This document shows, piece by piece, positions 45,101-56,118 of a stretch of 64,000 nucleotides of DNA. Position 1 is the first letter of the stretch; every line of letters begins with the position of its first letter. The DNA is taken from NCBI GenBank assembly GCA_900546715.1, contig UREA01000003.1, positions 11,189-75,188 of the forward strand. The letters are read 5' to 3'. The position numbers and the translations under genes were made by a program. This stretch comes from an uncultured Mycoplasmatota bacterium (GTDB lineage: Bacteria; Bacillota_I; Bacilli_A; RF39; UBA660). The notes below the pieces were generated by a model. The model saw only the letters and a program-made list of their open reading frames with translations, ran no database searches and had not been told where the DNA came from.

Positions 45101-45819
45101 TAGAAGCCCTCTACATTAGTATATATTTCTGATACATCATCAATATCATCAAGTAAATTATAAAGTTTAGTAAATATTTCCAAATCTTCCCCTTCTAAAG
45201 TAATACGCTCATGAGGATACATTCCTACTTCATCTATTATATAATCAATATTAGGAATTAATTTTTCTAATTCATCTTTTACACTGTTCATATCTCCAGG
45301 TTTTAAAGTAATAGTAATTTCCCCATTATCACTTTCAATATCATTAATTTCAATACCAGCATTAAGTAATGTATCAAATACTTCTTCTTCAAAATCACAC
45401 TTAAAAGAAATAATTCCCGCATGATCATAATTATAAGCTACTGAATTAGTTACCCCTAAACTTTTATTTACTTTATTAAAAGCTGCTCTAACCATACCAA
45501 CTGTTCTATTAACATTATCAGTTAAACATTTAATTATTAAAGTTGCAGCTCCAGGTCCAAACCCTTCATAAATTACTTCATGATAATCTTCTCCACCAGC
45601 ACCCTTTGCTTTATCAATAGCTCTATTGATAATATCACTTGGAACTTGGCTTTTTTTAGCTTTATCCACTAATCTTTTTAAACTTGGATTAGCTAGAGTA
45701 TCTGCTCCGCCCTTTTTAGCAGCTAGATAAATTTCTTTAGCAAAAGTTGTATAAATCTTCCCCTTTGCAGCTCCTGTTTTTTGAATACTTGCTTTTCTTA
45801 CTTCATAAGCTCTTCCCAT
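45100..45819 (-). CDS. yebC: YebC/PmpR-family DNA-binding regulator
   Basis: MGRAYEVRKASIQKTGAAKGKIYT start and YEGFGPGAATLIIKCLTDN. Confidence 0.9.
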   Translation of the reverse strand: MGRAYEVRKASIQKTGAAKGKIYTTFAKEIYLAAKKGGADTLANPSLKRLVDKAKKSQVPSDIINRAIDKAKGAGGEDYHEVIYEGFGPGAATLIIKCLTDNVNRTVGMVRAAFNKVNKSLGVTNSVAYNYDHAGIISFKCDFEEEVFDTLLNAGIEINDIESDNGEITITLKPGDMNSVKDELEKLIPNIDYIIDEVGMYPHERITLEGEDLEIFTKLYNLLDDIDDVSEIYTNVEGF

Positions 45820-45837
45820 TAATTAAACATCTCCTTC

Positions 45838-47184
45838 TTAAAAATAATAATATGTTGTATCATAATCTAATGTAACCCCTTTTAATTTTACCATTTCTTC
45901 AATGGTAACAAAAGCATAACCATCACGCTCTAGCTCCCGCATGGCCATTAGTGCTCCTTCAACTGATTCGGTATATATATCATGCAGTAATACTATTGCT
46001 CCATCATGAGCGCTTTCCAGTATCTTATCTTTTATTAAATTACGGTCCTTTAATTTCCAATCTTCCGTATCAATATCCCAATTTATTATATGCATATTAG
46101 CATATGTTTTTATATGATCATTAATATTTCCATACGGAGGACGGAGTATATTAGGTCTAATACCAATTACTTTTTCTATTTCTTCATTTGCCATATTAAT
46201 CTCGGATAAAACATTAGCATCATCAAGTAACAATAAATTTAAATGATTATAGGTATGTGATCCAATTTGATTACCTTCAACGTACGCTCTTTTTAATACT
46301 TCACTATTACTAGCAACTCTACTTCCTAAAACAAAGAAAGTAACTCTGGCATCAAATTCTTTTATTCCATCAAGTAACCTAGAAGTTGTTTTTGTATTAG
46401 GGCCATCATCAAAAGTAAAAGCGATTAACTTTTTACCTTCAAACTCACTTAAATCTCTTTCAGTTTGTTTAGGATAAGTAATATCTGTAACTAATGAATC
46501 ATCCATATATTCACTCTTTAATATACCTTCTAATTTTTCATAAGGAATAGTTAAAGTTATTTCCCCATCTGCCCAACTAGCCACTTGATAAGGGGGAAAA
46601 GTAATATTTAAGCCACTTTCACTAAAATAAAAATATTTATAATTACTATCACTTTGACTTATACCTCTTTTAACCCATTCTTCATCTAAAACAATATCTT
46701 TTTCTTTAGCATAATTATATAAACTTTCTAAAACAATTGGCTCAATATTAGCACCTTGAACTAAAATATCGGAAAAATTGATATATTCCTCTTTTTCTAA
46801 ATCATAAACATAAGACTCATCTTCTCTAGTATAATGGGCTCCCCCAGTATAAGCAAAAGATAAGGCATGAATGCTTGCAACATTATTATATTTATTATTT
46901 TTAACATTAATAATCAAATTATATTTACTAGTTTCTACTTTACCTGATTTATCAACTATATCAACAAACTGTTTTCTCTTATCCCTTACAAATTTACTAA
47001 CATTTTCATCTAATGCCGCAATACCAGTTTTATCATAATCTATTTTAATATCATAAAATTCATTAGATTCGATTTTTTCAATACTTAAATCAGTCTTATT
47101 TTTATAATAAATAATTAAAGCAACAATAGCAATTATTAATATTAAAGCAGCAACTACAATTTTTCCTACTTTAGTTAACTTCAT
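45838..47184 (-). CDS. PdaC-like polysaccharide deacetylase (TM, DUF4163/DUF3298-like region, NodB domain)
   Basis: FTFDDGP, GSHTYNH and LLHD NodB motifs. N-terminal TM segment. Confidence 0.75.
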   Translation of the reverse strand: MKLTKVGKIVVAALILIIAIVALIIYYKNKTDLSIEKIESNEFYDIKIDYDKTGIAALDENVSKFVRDKRKQFVDIVDKSGKVETSKYNLIINVKNNKYNNVASIHALSFAYTGGAHYTREDESYVYDLEKEEYINFSDILVQGANIEPIVLESLYNYAKEKDIVLDEEWVKRGISQSDSNYKYFYFSESGLNITFPPYQVASWADGEITLTIPYEKLEGILKSEYMDDSLVTDITYPKQTERDLSEFEGKKLIAFTFDDGPNTKTTSRLLDGIKEFDARVTFFVLGSRVASNSEVLKRAYVEGNQIGSHTYNHLNLLLLDDANVLSEINMANEEIEKVIGIRPNILRPPYGNINDHIKTYANMHIINWDIDTEDWKLKDRNLIKDKILESAHDGAIVLLHDIYTESVEGALMAMRELERDGYAFVTIEEMVKLKGVTLDYDTTYYYF

Positions 47185-47193
47185 TATTCACCT

Positions 47194-48237
47194 CTACAAA
47201 AATTGCATTTTTTTAACAAAATTATATACTCCATAATCTTTATCTAACTTTTTTACCTTTTTTATTACCTTCATTGAACTATATACTTCATAATAACTAA
47301 AATCCTCTTTATCCATTACATATTCTAAAGCTTTTAAAACTAACTTTTTCTCATTAATAGTTCTAAATAATTTTTGCATTTCTTTTAATTTCTTTTTACT
47401 GACTTTTCTTATTAAAAAACGATAATAACTATCACTTTTATTTTTAAAAATATATTTATAACCATCAAGATTCTTCACAATTTTTAAAGTATCATAATAC
47501 CCCATTAAAATATTTTCTCTGACTCTACTCTCATTGATATTAATAATACTTCCAAGTTTTCTTGATGGCTTTATCACTATTACTTTGTCTTTATCCTTAT
47601 ATTTTCTTCTAAATCCGATAGCATCAAGATCAACGACATAAACCTTATCATAACCGCGATTAATTAAAGCATTCGCTGGAGCATAATCATAAAATCCACC
47701 GTCGAGATAATAATTATCATCGATTAATTTCTCCATTTTAAAAATCGGCAAATAACAACTAGCCATCAAATAATCAGTAAGTTTACCTTTCTTTATATCT
47801 TCTTTAAACACATAAATCGGTTTAAAATCTTTAGCTCTAACTGTAACCAGTCCAAAATCTTTTTTGCTTTTAAATAGTGATTCTTCTAAATTTAGGCTAT
47901 TAACAGTATTTATTAAATTATCAGTACTTATCCCTTTATTTTTAATGATTTTCACAATATCATTAAATCCCGCTTTAATAATTTTTAAATCAAATTTATC
48001 ACTATTAGCTAGTTTAATAAGTTCATCACTAAAACCAAAAATCTTTCCAATCTCTGTCGTTTGCCAAAATTTTAATAATTCTTTACCTCTATTAGATGCC
48101 AGCATGGCTGCATTAAAAGCTCCGATAGATGAACCAGTAAAACCATCTAGTTTTATATGGCTCTTCCTAAGTGCTAAATATACTCCCACCTGATAAGAAC
48201 CACGAACACCTCCACCACCTAGAACTAAACCTGTCAT
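47194..48237 (-). CDS. patatin-like phospholipase
   Basis: GGGGVRG oxyanion motif, GSSIG nucleophile and DGG motif. Confidence 0.8.
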   Translation of the reverse strand: MTGLVLGGGGVRGSYQVGVYLALRKSHIKLDGFTGSSIGAFNAAMLASNRGKELLKFWQTTEIGKIFGFSDELIKLANSDKFDLKIIKAGFNDIVKIIKNKGISTDNLINTVNSLNLEESLFKSKKDFGLVTVRAKDFKPIYVFKEDIKKGKLTDYLMASCYLPIFKMEKLIDDNYYLDGGFYDYAPANALINRGYDKVYVVDLDAIGFRRKYKDKDKVIVIKPSRKLGSIININESRVRENILMGYYDTLKIVKNLDGYKYIFKNKSDSYYRFLIRKVSKKKLKEMQKLFRTINEKKLVLKALEYVMDKEDFSYYEVYSSMKVIKKVKKLDKDYGVYNFVKKMQFL

Positions 48238-49151
48238 GATTTATCCTTAATGAGTATTTTAGCTAAAAACTTAGAAACTTTTCTCTTTCTTGTACTTATT
48301 TTTAATACCCTTAAATATTCATTTAAACTACTATTACGAAAATTTATAATATTCTCTAAATCATCTTTATCACTACATACCGGACTATAATAATTTTTAT
48401 CTAAGAATATTCTACTTAACACATATTTAAAAGTTAAACCCGTAGATAAAACAATCTTATTAAGTAAAGATTCATATAAAATGCTTTCACTAGCACATAC
48501 ATTAAAAGTCTTTTTATTAAGTTCATCAGTATACTTAATTCCCTTAACAAATGCATATGCACAATCTTCTTTAGTTATATAATCTACTATACTGTTCTTT
48601 TTAACATGATACATAAATGGTTCTTTTAAAGGATTACTTAAAACTAAAGGAATTCGATATATTGTATATCTTTTTAATTTGTCCTTTATTAACATTTCCG
48701 TTTCATATTTAGCTTTTTCAAAATAATCATGTTCATCTAATACAATTTTAGATTTAACACTAGGATTTTCCATTTCCTTATACATACTTGTGGTTGATGC
48801 ATAAAACAAATGACACTTCGGATTATAATAACTTATTGCTCTAATTATATTTTCGGTACCATTATAATCAATAATCCTAGCAAGTCCCTTTTTCATATTG
48901 GAAAGCGGTGGCAACGCCGAAGCTAGGTGAATAATTATATCTTGATCTTTAACTAAAGCATCAATCAAAACATTATCATTTACATCACCATATAAAATAT
49001 TTATTCTTCTTTTATATTTCTTCAATTTTTTTATTACATTTTTATTTCTTAAATCCAGGGCAGTTATTTCATATTTACCTTCAACTAGCAAATATTTAAT
49101 TACTTGGATACCTATACTACCTGCAGCACCTATAACTAAAACTTTTTTCAT
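48234..49151 (-). CDS. NAD-dependent epimerase/dehydratase family protein
   Basis: VLVIGAAGSIG Rossmann motif. Confidence 0.7.
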   Translation of the reverse strand: MKKVLVIGAAGSIGIQVIKYLLVEGKYEITALDLRNKNVIKKLKKYKRRINILYGDVNDNVLIDALVKDQDIIIHLASALPPLSNMKKGLARIIDYNGTENIIRAISYYNPKCHLFYASTTSMYKEMENPSVKSKIVLDEHDYFEKAKYETEMLIKDKLKRYTIYRIPLVLSNPLKEPFMYHVKKNSIVDYITKEDCAYAFVKGIKYTDELNKKTFNVCASESILYESLLNKIVLSTGLTFKYVLSRIFLDKNYYSPVCSDKDDLENIINFRNSSLNEYLRVLKISTRKRKVSKFLAKILIKDKS

Positions 49152-49162
49152 AAAACACATCC

Positions 49163-49870
49163 TTATATTAAGTTAATAATTATTAATAAAATTACACCTA
49201 TAATTATACCATAAATCGTTGCCTTTTGTCTTATATTTTCGCGTATTTCCTTAAATAATTCAAATAACAATATATGAAGCAACATTCCCATAGAAATAGC
49301 TAGTACAACTCCTTGTAAAAATTCATCAATATTTCCAAAGAAAAATACTACTAAACCTCCGAGAAATGCTGATATAACTAATAAAAATACCAACAATTTA
49401 TTTTTTGTGCCAGCAATTTGAAAACCAAATGGCAAATTGTGTAAACCAACACCTATAAGCATAAGTGTGCCACTTCTAATACTCTCTAAACTAATACTAT
49501 AAAGAGCCATACCTTCAATTAAATTGTGCATAGATAAAGCTAAAATAGTAATTGTACTAACATGTTCTAATCTATCTTTATGTTCCTTTGTAGCCTCATC
49601 ATGATCATGGTGTTTATGATGATGATGGGGTATTAACTTATCAATTAAAAATAATAAAACAAAGCCTAAAATTACAAAAACAAATAACCAAGCATTATCT
49701 TGTTCAATTAATTCTGGAGCTAAATCAAAAACAATTAAACCAATAATAACCACCGCCGCACAAGATATCGCAGCAACAGTAAGTTCATTTTTATGTTTAA
49801 CAAATTTATATATAATTATGCCCACTAAATAAAATAAACCACTTAAAAATGTTAATAATAATGCATTCAT
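49163..49870 (-). CDS. ZIP-family metal transporter with His-rich loop
   Basis: HHHHKHHDHDE loop, and HNLIEG and HNLPFG motifs. Confidence 0.75.
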   Translation of the reverse strand: MNALLLTFLSGLFYLVGIIIYKFVKHKNELTVAAISCAAVVIIGLIVFDLAPELIEQDNAWLFVFVILGFVLLFLIDKLIPHHHHKHHDHDEATKEHKDRLEHVSTITILALSMHNLIEGMALYSISLESIRSGTLMLIGVGLHNLPFGFQIAGTKNKLLVFLLVISAFLGGLVVFFFGNIDEFLQGVVLAISMGMLLHILLFELFKEIRENIRQKATIYGIIIGVILLIIINLI

Positions 49871-49948
49871 AAAGCACTCCCTCTCAACTACAAATCTATT
49901 ATAGCACAAGACAAAATAGAAAAAAAGAATAACTAGGTTATTCCAAAG

Positions 49949-50263
49949 TTATTTCAAAAATTCTTCTAAATCAAAATCATAACAATTAATTTTTTGTTTA
50001 CCATCTATTAAATATAAATTATTATCTATTATTTCATATACTACATTACTTCTAGGCACACTAAATAATAAATCTAAATCTGGTGGTACATATGTTCCAA
50101 CTCCCCAGATAGGATTACCTCTATTAATATCATAAAATACTAATAAATTTTTTTCAGTTAGTACAAATATTGTTTGCAAGTATTCATTACCAATTTTGAC
50201 ATTTACATCTCTTGCTTCTTTAAATATCGATTCATGTGTTTCTTTAAAATCATAATTATACAT
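49949..50263 (-). CDS. small cytoplasmic hypothetical protein (104 aa)
   Basis: ORF followed by the terminator GAATAAC/GTTATTC with a T-run. Confidence 0.5.
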   Translation of the reverse strand: MYNYDFKETHESIFKEARDVNVKIGNEYLQTIFVLTEKNLLVFYDINRGNPIWGVGTYVPPDLDLLFSVPRSNVVYEIIDNNLYLIDGKQKINCYDFDLEEFLK

Positions 50264-50272
50264 AATTTTTCC

Positions 50273-50551
50273 CTAATATAACATATTTAAACATAAAATA
50301 ATTATACAAATAATTATAACTAATAATATCATAATTATTTTTACTTTTTTATCTTGCTTTTTATATATTTTATAATATATTACTCCCAATATTGCTATAA
50401 TTGTTGCTATGATAATCTTAAGCCATGCTACACTAATTAAATTTTTTATGAATTTTTCATTTGCTCTTAGAGTTAAACCAGTACAAAATGATAAATATAA
50501 ATATGTTATTATAAACACTAAAATAAATAAAATTATATTTTTCTTTTTCAT
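50273..50551 (-). CDS. small membrane protein (about 92 aa)
   Basis: Start at MKKKNIILFIL, abutting the upstream stop. Three hydrophobic segments. Confidence 0.5.
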   Translation of the reverse strand: MKKKNIILFILVFIITYLYLSFCTGLTLRANEKFIKNLISVAWLKIIIATIIAILGVIYYKIYKKQDKKVKIIMILLVIIICIIILCLNMLY

Positions 50552-50865
50552 TTTAAAATCCATAACAATAGTAGAAATATTATTAAAATAATCCATAAAC
50601 AAAAATAAGACCTTGCAAAGTTACGAAGATTAATATTAGTAACTCCCCCCAAAGCAAAAACAATTAATATTATCCAACCAAGAATTGGAATTGCAAAAAG
50701 AACTTGATAACCAAAATATCCCCACATAGTAATAGGTTTATACTCATCTGGTAAATTTTCCTCATTAATTAAATACTTATTAATATTACTTTTTCGCACA
50801 TTACCACAATTATAACAAATTTCTGATCCTTTTTTCATTTTACTTCCACATTTTTCACAATACAT
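50548..50865 (-). CDS. zinc-ribbon membrane protein
   Basis: CEKCGSKM...CYNCG zinc ribbon followed by 2-3 TM segments. Confidence 0.6.
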   Translation of the reverse strand: MYCEKCGSKMKKGSEICYNCGNVRKSNINKYLINEENLPDEYKPITMWGYFGYQVLFAIPILGWIILIVFALGGVTNINLRNFARSYFCLWIILIIFLLLLWILK

Positions 50866-50888
50866 TTTTATTTTTCCCTCCTATTTAT

Positions 50889-51188
50889 TTAATCAATATA
50901 TTGATATATTTTTTGCATATCTTCTTTACTAATTTTCACTATTATATTATTAATGACTATACCAGGAAATCCAATATCTTCAATTATATTTTTATCATCA
51001 ATAATTTTTACCGTTTCATATTTAAAATCACCTTCACTAGATAACTTATTAACTTCCATTATAGTTGCATCACTCAAAGAATCTACAACCTTTTTAATTC
51101 TTTCATACGGTGAAAATTGTTTTAAAGTTAAAATACTTACAATAAACAAAATTATTATTGTTATCACCAATATTATTCTTTTATTCAT
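50889..51188 (-). CDS. small signal-anchored protein (99 aa)
   Basis: N-terminal TM segment followed by a short ectodomain. Confidence 0.5.
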   Translation of the reverse strand: MNKRIILVITIIILFIVSILTLKQFSPYERIKKVVDSLSDATIMEVNKLSSEGDFKYETVKIIDDKNIIEDIGFPGIVINNIIVKISKEDMQKIYQYID

Positions 51189-51203
51189 TTTTTCATAATC
51201 TAC

Positions 51204-51662
51204 CTACAAATTAAATTCAACAAGTATATATTTTTTATCTGAAAAACTATTTCTGACAGTTTTTATCAAACGATATCTACTTGTTAAAGTCCCATATATT
51301 TTTTCCCAATTTATTTCCATTATTAAAATATTATCTTCATTTACTTCATATCCTTCCATAGTTGTTACCACATTATTTTCTAATTTTTTTAATTCAACCC
51401 ATTTATTATTCTCATATCTTTCTATACTATAATCTTTTCCATATGTATTATCATTATTACTTAGATCAGTAATAATAACTTTTGTCCCAGTATTTGTCAA
51501 AGTGTCATCCATTATTTCCATCGTTACATTTTCTGCTAAATTTTCTTTTGCATATTTTCCTTCGTTTAGATAATTATTATTTTTATCGAACAGCAAAACT
51601 ATAATCACAAATAAAATTATACAAATAACTACAATCAAAAATCTTTTTTTATAAACTTTCAT
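51204..51662 (-). CDS. small signal-anchored protein (152 aa)
   Basis: N-terminal TM segment followed by an ectodomain. Confidence 0.5.
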   Translation of the reverse strand: MKVYKKRFLIVVICIILFVIIVLLFDKNNNYLNEGKYAKENLAENVTMEIMDDTLTNTGTKVIITDLSNNDNTYGKDYSIERYENNKWVELKKLENNVVTTMEGYEVNEDNILIMEINWEKIYGTLTSRYRLIKTVRNSFSDKKYILVEFNL

Positions 51663-51735
51663 TAACTACCTCTTTTTCTTAACTATATATTACCATTATT
51701 CTTATAAAAAGAATAGCAAAACTTTCTTGCTATTG

Positions 51736-54375
51736 CTATTCATTAATTAAATTTATTGGTCTTTTTTTAGACAAATGAACTATTGGTATAATTAAACTAA
51801 TTAAAATAACTCCAATGATTGATATTAAAATAATAAATATAGTATTTTCATTAAAAACTAAAGGACGAAGATAAAAATATACTTCTTTAGTTATATAATT
51901 ATTAACAATATTTATACTTAGTATTGCTAGTATATTTGCAAGAATAAAAGTAATAATTCCAATAATCAAGCTTTCTAAAATAAAGATATTAACTATTTCT
52001 TTTATTCTAGCACCCAGTGCTCTAAGTAAACCTATGTTTTTCTTATAATTACTTATACTAGCACTTATAAATAAAGTAAATAAAATTATTGCAAATAAAG
52101 ATGCCCCAATAACTAGATATATAGAAATATCTTCAATACTTTCTACAATACCTTCTACATCTTTTATTTTTTCACTAAATTTAGTTTCTATTTTATAATT
52201 ACCAGATTTTTTGCTAAAATCATTAAATAATTGTTCTAATTTATCTTCATCATTTATATTAGTTTTAATGCTTATAACAAGTTCATTAGGTAATATATAA
52301 TCTTTTATTGTATTATAGTTTATATAATTAATTATATCTTCAAATACTACCCCAACAATTTTTAAATCAATATTATTTATTTCTTTATCTGTAAAATGTG
52401 TCTCATCTTTTATTTGTAGTGTATACAAGTTACCTATAATACTACCATGATCATTCATATAATCTATATAATAATTTTTAGTTAATTCATTAATATCTAT
52501 CTGTTCTACTTCTGGTATTTCTTCATAATCACATATACCATAATTTATACAGTTATTCATCTGTTCTTCTAATAATTTATTTCTCTCTTCTACTAATTTG
52601 TCATATTCTTCTCTTGCTTCAACTAAAGCATTCATTAAACCTTGAGTTAAATCACTACCATAATAATCTTCTAAAAACATTTGAGAAACTATAACTTCAT
52701 TATCATTTAAAGAATTACTTTTAACAAAATTCGCTCCATCATAATATTCAATTTCTTTATCTATTACGCTATAATTAGTAGCTAAATAGTAATTGTCATT
52801 ATTATAAATATTTGCTAAATTAAAAACTGTATTACTAATAGTATTATTTGAAGCAAAATCGCTATTTTTAAAAAATTCATCATTAATCACAAAATACACA
52901 GAATTATTATAATTACTTGCAAATTCTTTATATAAATTACTTTCTTTATATTCTTCATCTTGTATATCTTTATTTATAAGATCTTTATATTTACTTAAAT
53001 TATAATCTTTAATTATTCCTGATATTGTAACATAGGTACTTGATAAACTTAAATTTTTACCAATTAACTCATTAATACTATCTACTTCCATCTGATAAAT
53101 TGGATAATTTCTATCTTCATCATATGTATTAAAAGATTTAGCCACTAATTGTTCTGCAAAATACTCTGGAATTAAAACCTCTCTTGGATTATTTGGAACA
53201 TTACCTATTATATCTAAATCATTCATATCATCCTTACTATAAGTTACAAAATAAGGAGTACTATTTAAATCAACATTATAATATGCCGAATATTCTAATT
53301 CATTTACAAAATCTAGGCTCATACCAAAAGAAAAGTTTTCTATAGAATTATTAGTATATAAATAACTTATTTTTTGATAATTATCTAATTTATTAGTAAT
53401 TTCTAATACATCACTATCCGTTAATACCATATTCAAATTAATATTATTAGTATTAAAATTACCTTTACTAAAATTTATATTTGTTTCATTTTCATAAATC
53501 ATTGCTTCACTATGCATTCTAGCTACATCAAAATTAAATAAACTCATTGAAAAACCCAATAAAGCAAAAGCAATACTAGCCAAAATTGCCGTTATACCCG
53601 TTCTTATTTTTTTCTTTTTTAATATTCCTAAAGCTAATTTTACTTTACTACTAAATTTTATATAATGTTTTTTTAAACTTAATTCCCTATAAATACTATT
53701 TACATTTCCAATATTATTTTGAATTATTTTACCATCTTCTAATCTAACTATAGCATCAGCATAAATTTGGGCTAAAGCTTCTTCATGACTTACAACAATA
53801 ACTAAATGATTCTTAGATATCTTTTTTAATATATCAAATATAATTTTACTATTTTCACTATCCAAGTTACCTGTTGGTTCATCAGCAAGAATCACACTTG
53901 GACTTTTAATAATAGCTCTAGCAATTGCCACTCTACCCTTTTCTCCACCAGAAAGTTCATTTATCTTTCTTTTACCATAGCCACTTAAACCTAAATCATT
54001 TAATAAGTTATCAACTTTTCCTTTAATATCTAATACATTCTTAGCATTAATACATAACTCTATATTATCATAGACATTTAACTCATCAAATAAATTAAAT
54101 TCTTGAAAGATAAAACCAATATAATTATTTCGATATCTAGTTAAAAGTTTATCCCCCATTTTATTTATATTAGTTCCATTTACTAGTATTTCACCACTAG
54201 TTGGTTTATCAAGTAAACCAAGCAAATTTAAAAGAGTCGATTTACCACTACCACTACTACCTAATACAAATACTAATCCTTTATCAGGAAACTTTAAAGA
54301 TATATCATTTAAAGCAATGGTATCACTAGCCTTTTTTGATTTATAAATTTTTGTAACATTTCTTAACTCTATCAT
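51736..54375 (-). CDS. fused ABC ATPase / FtsX-type permease (MacB-like)
   Basis: Walker A GSSGSGKST, signature LSGGEKGRVAIARA, Walker B ILADEPTGNLD. Large ectodomain and C-terminal FtsX TM segments. Terminator GAATAGCAA/TTGCTATTC follows. Confidence 0.85.
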   Translation of the reverse strand: MIELRNVTKIYKSKKASDTIALNDISLKFPDKGLVFVLGSSGSGKSTLLNLLGLLDKPTSGEILVNGTNINKMGDKLLTRYRNNYIGFIFQEFNLFDELNVYDNIELCINAKNVLDIKGKVDNLLNDLGLSGYGKRKINELSGGEKGRVAIARAIIKSPSVILADEPTGNLDSENSKIIFDILKKISKNHLVIVVSHEEALAQIYADAIVRLEDGKIIQNNIGNVNSIYRELSLKKHYIKFSSKVKLALGILKKKKIRTGITAILASIAFALLGFSMSLFNFDVARMHSEAMIYENETNINFSKGNFNTNNINLNMVLTDSDVLEITNKLDNYQKISYLYTNNSIENFSFGMSLDFVNELEYSAYYNVDLNSTPYFVTYSKDDMNDLDIIGNVPNNPREVLIPEYFAEQLVAKSFNTYDEDRNYPIYQMEVDSINELIGKNLSLSSTYVTISGIIKDYNLSKYKDLINKDIQDEEYKESNLYKEFASNYNNSVYFVINDEFFKNSDFASNNTISNTVFNLANIYNNDNYYLATNYSVIDKEIEYYDGANFVKSNSLNDNEVIVSQMFLEDYYGSDLTQGLMNALVEAREEYDKLVEERNKLLEEQMNNCINYGICDYEEIPEVEQIDINELTKNYYIDYMNDHGSIIGNLYTLQIKDETHFTDKEINNIDLKIVGVVFEDIINYINYNTIKDYILPNELVISIKTNINDEDKLEQLFNDFSKKSGNYKIETKFSEKIKDVEGIVESIEDISIYLVIGASLFAIILFTLFISASISNYKKNIGLLRALGARIKEIVNIFILESLIIGIITFILANILAILSINIVNNYITKEVYFYLRPLVFNENTIFIILISIIGVILISLIIPIVHLSKKRPINLINE

Positions 54376-54460
54376 TTTACCACCTTTAATTCTTCTACTA
54401 TAATAATATCATAAAATAAGAAAAAAGAATAGCAAACCTTATAACTTCTTTATTAAAAAA

Positions 54461-54940
54461 TTAAACATATTCTTCTATAATCGCTTTTAAACAGATTTCA
54501 TCTGTTTTTGGTGATTCATATTCCGGAGCAAAACAAAAATATATATTATCTTTATTATTTAATAAATCATTTATTATATTATTATGATTTTTATCATCTA
54601 TAATATAAACCGTATTAAAATTGATTTGATTACTATCTAACATAATCCTATCTTTATTATTACCAATATATATTCTTATTTGATTATAATAATTTATTGA
54701 ACAAGTATTTAACTCTTTATCTTCAATATTTATAGATTCAACCATAAAATTAAAGGAATCTTTATAATTGCTATCAACAATTATTCCACTACCAACAAAA
54801 CCTATTCCTTCTTCTATTTCTAAGTTTATAGAATAAAACTTAATTTTAGATTTATGTAAAACAACCAGAAATAATATTAATATTATCAAAAATAACAAAA
54901 TTAATATAAATATTTTATATTTTTTTAATATCTTTTTCAT
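54461..54940 (-). CDS. signal-anchored protein, tandem paralog 1
   Basis: Shares GSGIIVDSNYKDSFNF...CSINYYNQIRIYIGN...DLLNNKDNIYFCF with the adjacent gene. Confidence 0.6.
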   Translation of the reverse strand: MKKILKKYKIFILILLFLIILILFLVVLHKSKIKFYSINLEIEEGIGFVGSGIIVDSNYKDSFNFMVESINIEDKELNTCSINYYNQIRIYIGNNKDRIMLDSNQINFNTVYIIDDKNHNNIINDLLNNKDNIYFCFAPEYESPKTDEICLKAIIEEYV

Positions 54941-54952
54941 TAAACACCAACC

Positions 54953-55420
54953 TTAATTACTTTCAATTATATAGGCTTTCAAACAAGATTCATTTATTGT
55001 TTCATTTTCTTGAGAAAAACAAAAATATATATCATCTTTATTATTTAATAAATCATTTACAAGTTTATTATGATTATTATCATCAACATAAATTGTATCA
55101 GCATTTATTTTAGTTGTATCTAATATTATTCTTTCTTCATTCCCGATGTAAATTCTAAATTGATTATAATAATCTATTGAACAATTTACAAGCTCGTTAT
55201 TTCTAGGAATTAAAGATTTTACAGTGAAACTAAAGGAATCTTTATAATTGCTATCAACAATTATTCCCCCACCAACAAAACTTATAATCTCTTTATTACT
55301 TTCATCTAAATGAAGCATATAAAACTTAGGTTTGGATTGGAATAAATAAAATATTAAAGTTACTATTAGACAAATTAATAAAATCAATATTATCCAAAAT
55401 ATTTTCGTATTTTTTTTCAT
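54953..55420 (-). CDS. signal-anchored protein, tandem paralog 2
   Basis: GGGIIVDSNYKDSFSF...CSIDYYNQFRIYIGN...DLLNNKDDIYFCF. Confidence 0.6.
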   Translation of the reverse strand: MKKNTKIFWIILILLICLIVTLIFYLFQSKPKFYMLHLDESNKEIISFVGGGIIVDSNYKDSFSFTVKSLIPRNNELVNCSIDYYNQFRIYIGNEERIILDTTKINADTIYVDDNNHNKLVNDLLNNKDDIYFCFSQENETINESCLKAYIIESN

Positions 55421-55591
55421 TAACTACCTCATTTCTTAATTACATATTATCATAAATAGTAAAAAAATAATAGCAAGAGTTACTTGCGAAAATAAATTAT
55501 ATGTCATATCACATTATTAATTATTTTTGTAAAAATATTTTTATTACTTTTAGAGTAATTTGTTACATTTTTAAATTTATAATCTTTTTCC

Positions 55592-56023
55592 TCAATTATT
55601 TATTTCCATTATTTTTAATAAATTATAAATATCAACATAATAATATCGATTAATGTCTTTAAATACAATCCACCCAAAATCATAATTATATTCTTCATCA
55701 AAAAAAGCATAAATATCTATTTCAGTAATAATTTTATTGTTATTATACATAATCATTGTATATCTAGGTCTACTATAATAAATAACATCATCATCTGGTA
55801 TTTCTGTACTATTTTTAATAATATCAATAATATCCGCTATTTTATTTAAATCTTCAATTAACAAATTTTTTTCGCTATCAAAATTATTACGGAGCAAAAT
55901 TTTATCAGTTTTTTCAATTTTGTCAAAAATTGTTAAATTATGATTAATAATTATCCATACTATTCCAAATACTATGAAAGTCAATAACAAAACACATATA
56001 AACTTTATACCTTTTTTCTTCAT
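55592..56023 (-). CDS. signal-anchored protein (143 aa)
   Basis: N-terminal TM segment. Terminator GCAAG/CTTGC follows. Confidence 0.5.
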   Translation of the reverse strand: MKKKGIKFICVLLLTFIVFGIVWIIINHNLTIFDKIEKTDKILLRNNFDSEKNLLIEDLNKIADIIDIIKNSTEIPDDDVIYYSRPRYTMIMYNNNKIITEIDIYAFFDEEYNYDFGWIVFKDINRYYYVDIYNLLKIMEINN

Positions 56024-56118
56024 AAATTATTCTCCTCATATATTATTAATAACATAAAACACATAAAAGATTAACAAGATTGGTTAACTTGTTAATCTCC
56101 TATTTTCTAATATATCAT

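Noticed and set aside
55500-55512. A third ATGTCATAT motif in the island as evidence that the 8.6-kb XRE regulator also acts there
   Set aside because: A 9-mer of this AT-rich composition is expected to recur by chance a few times in 128 kb of two-strand sequence, and the AATGTCGTG motif does not accompany it.
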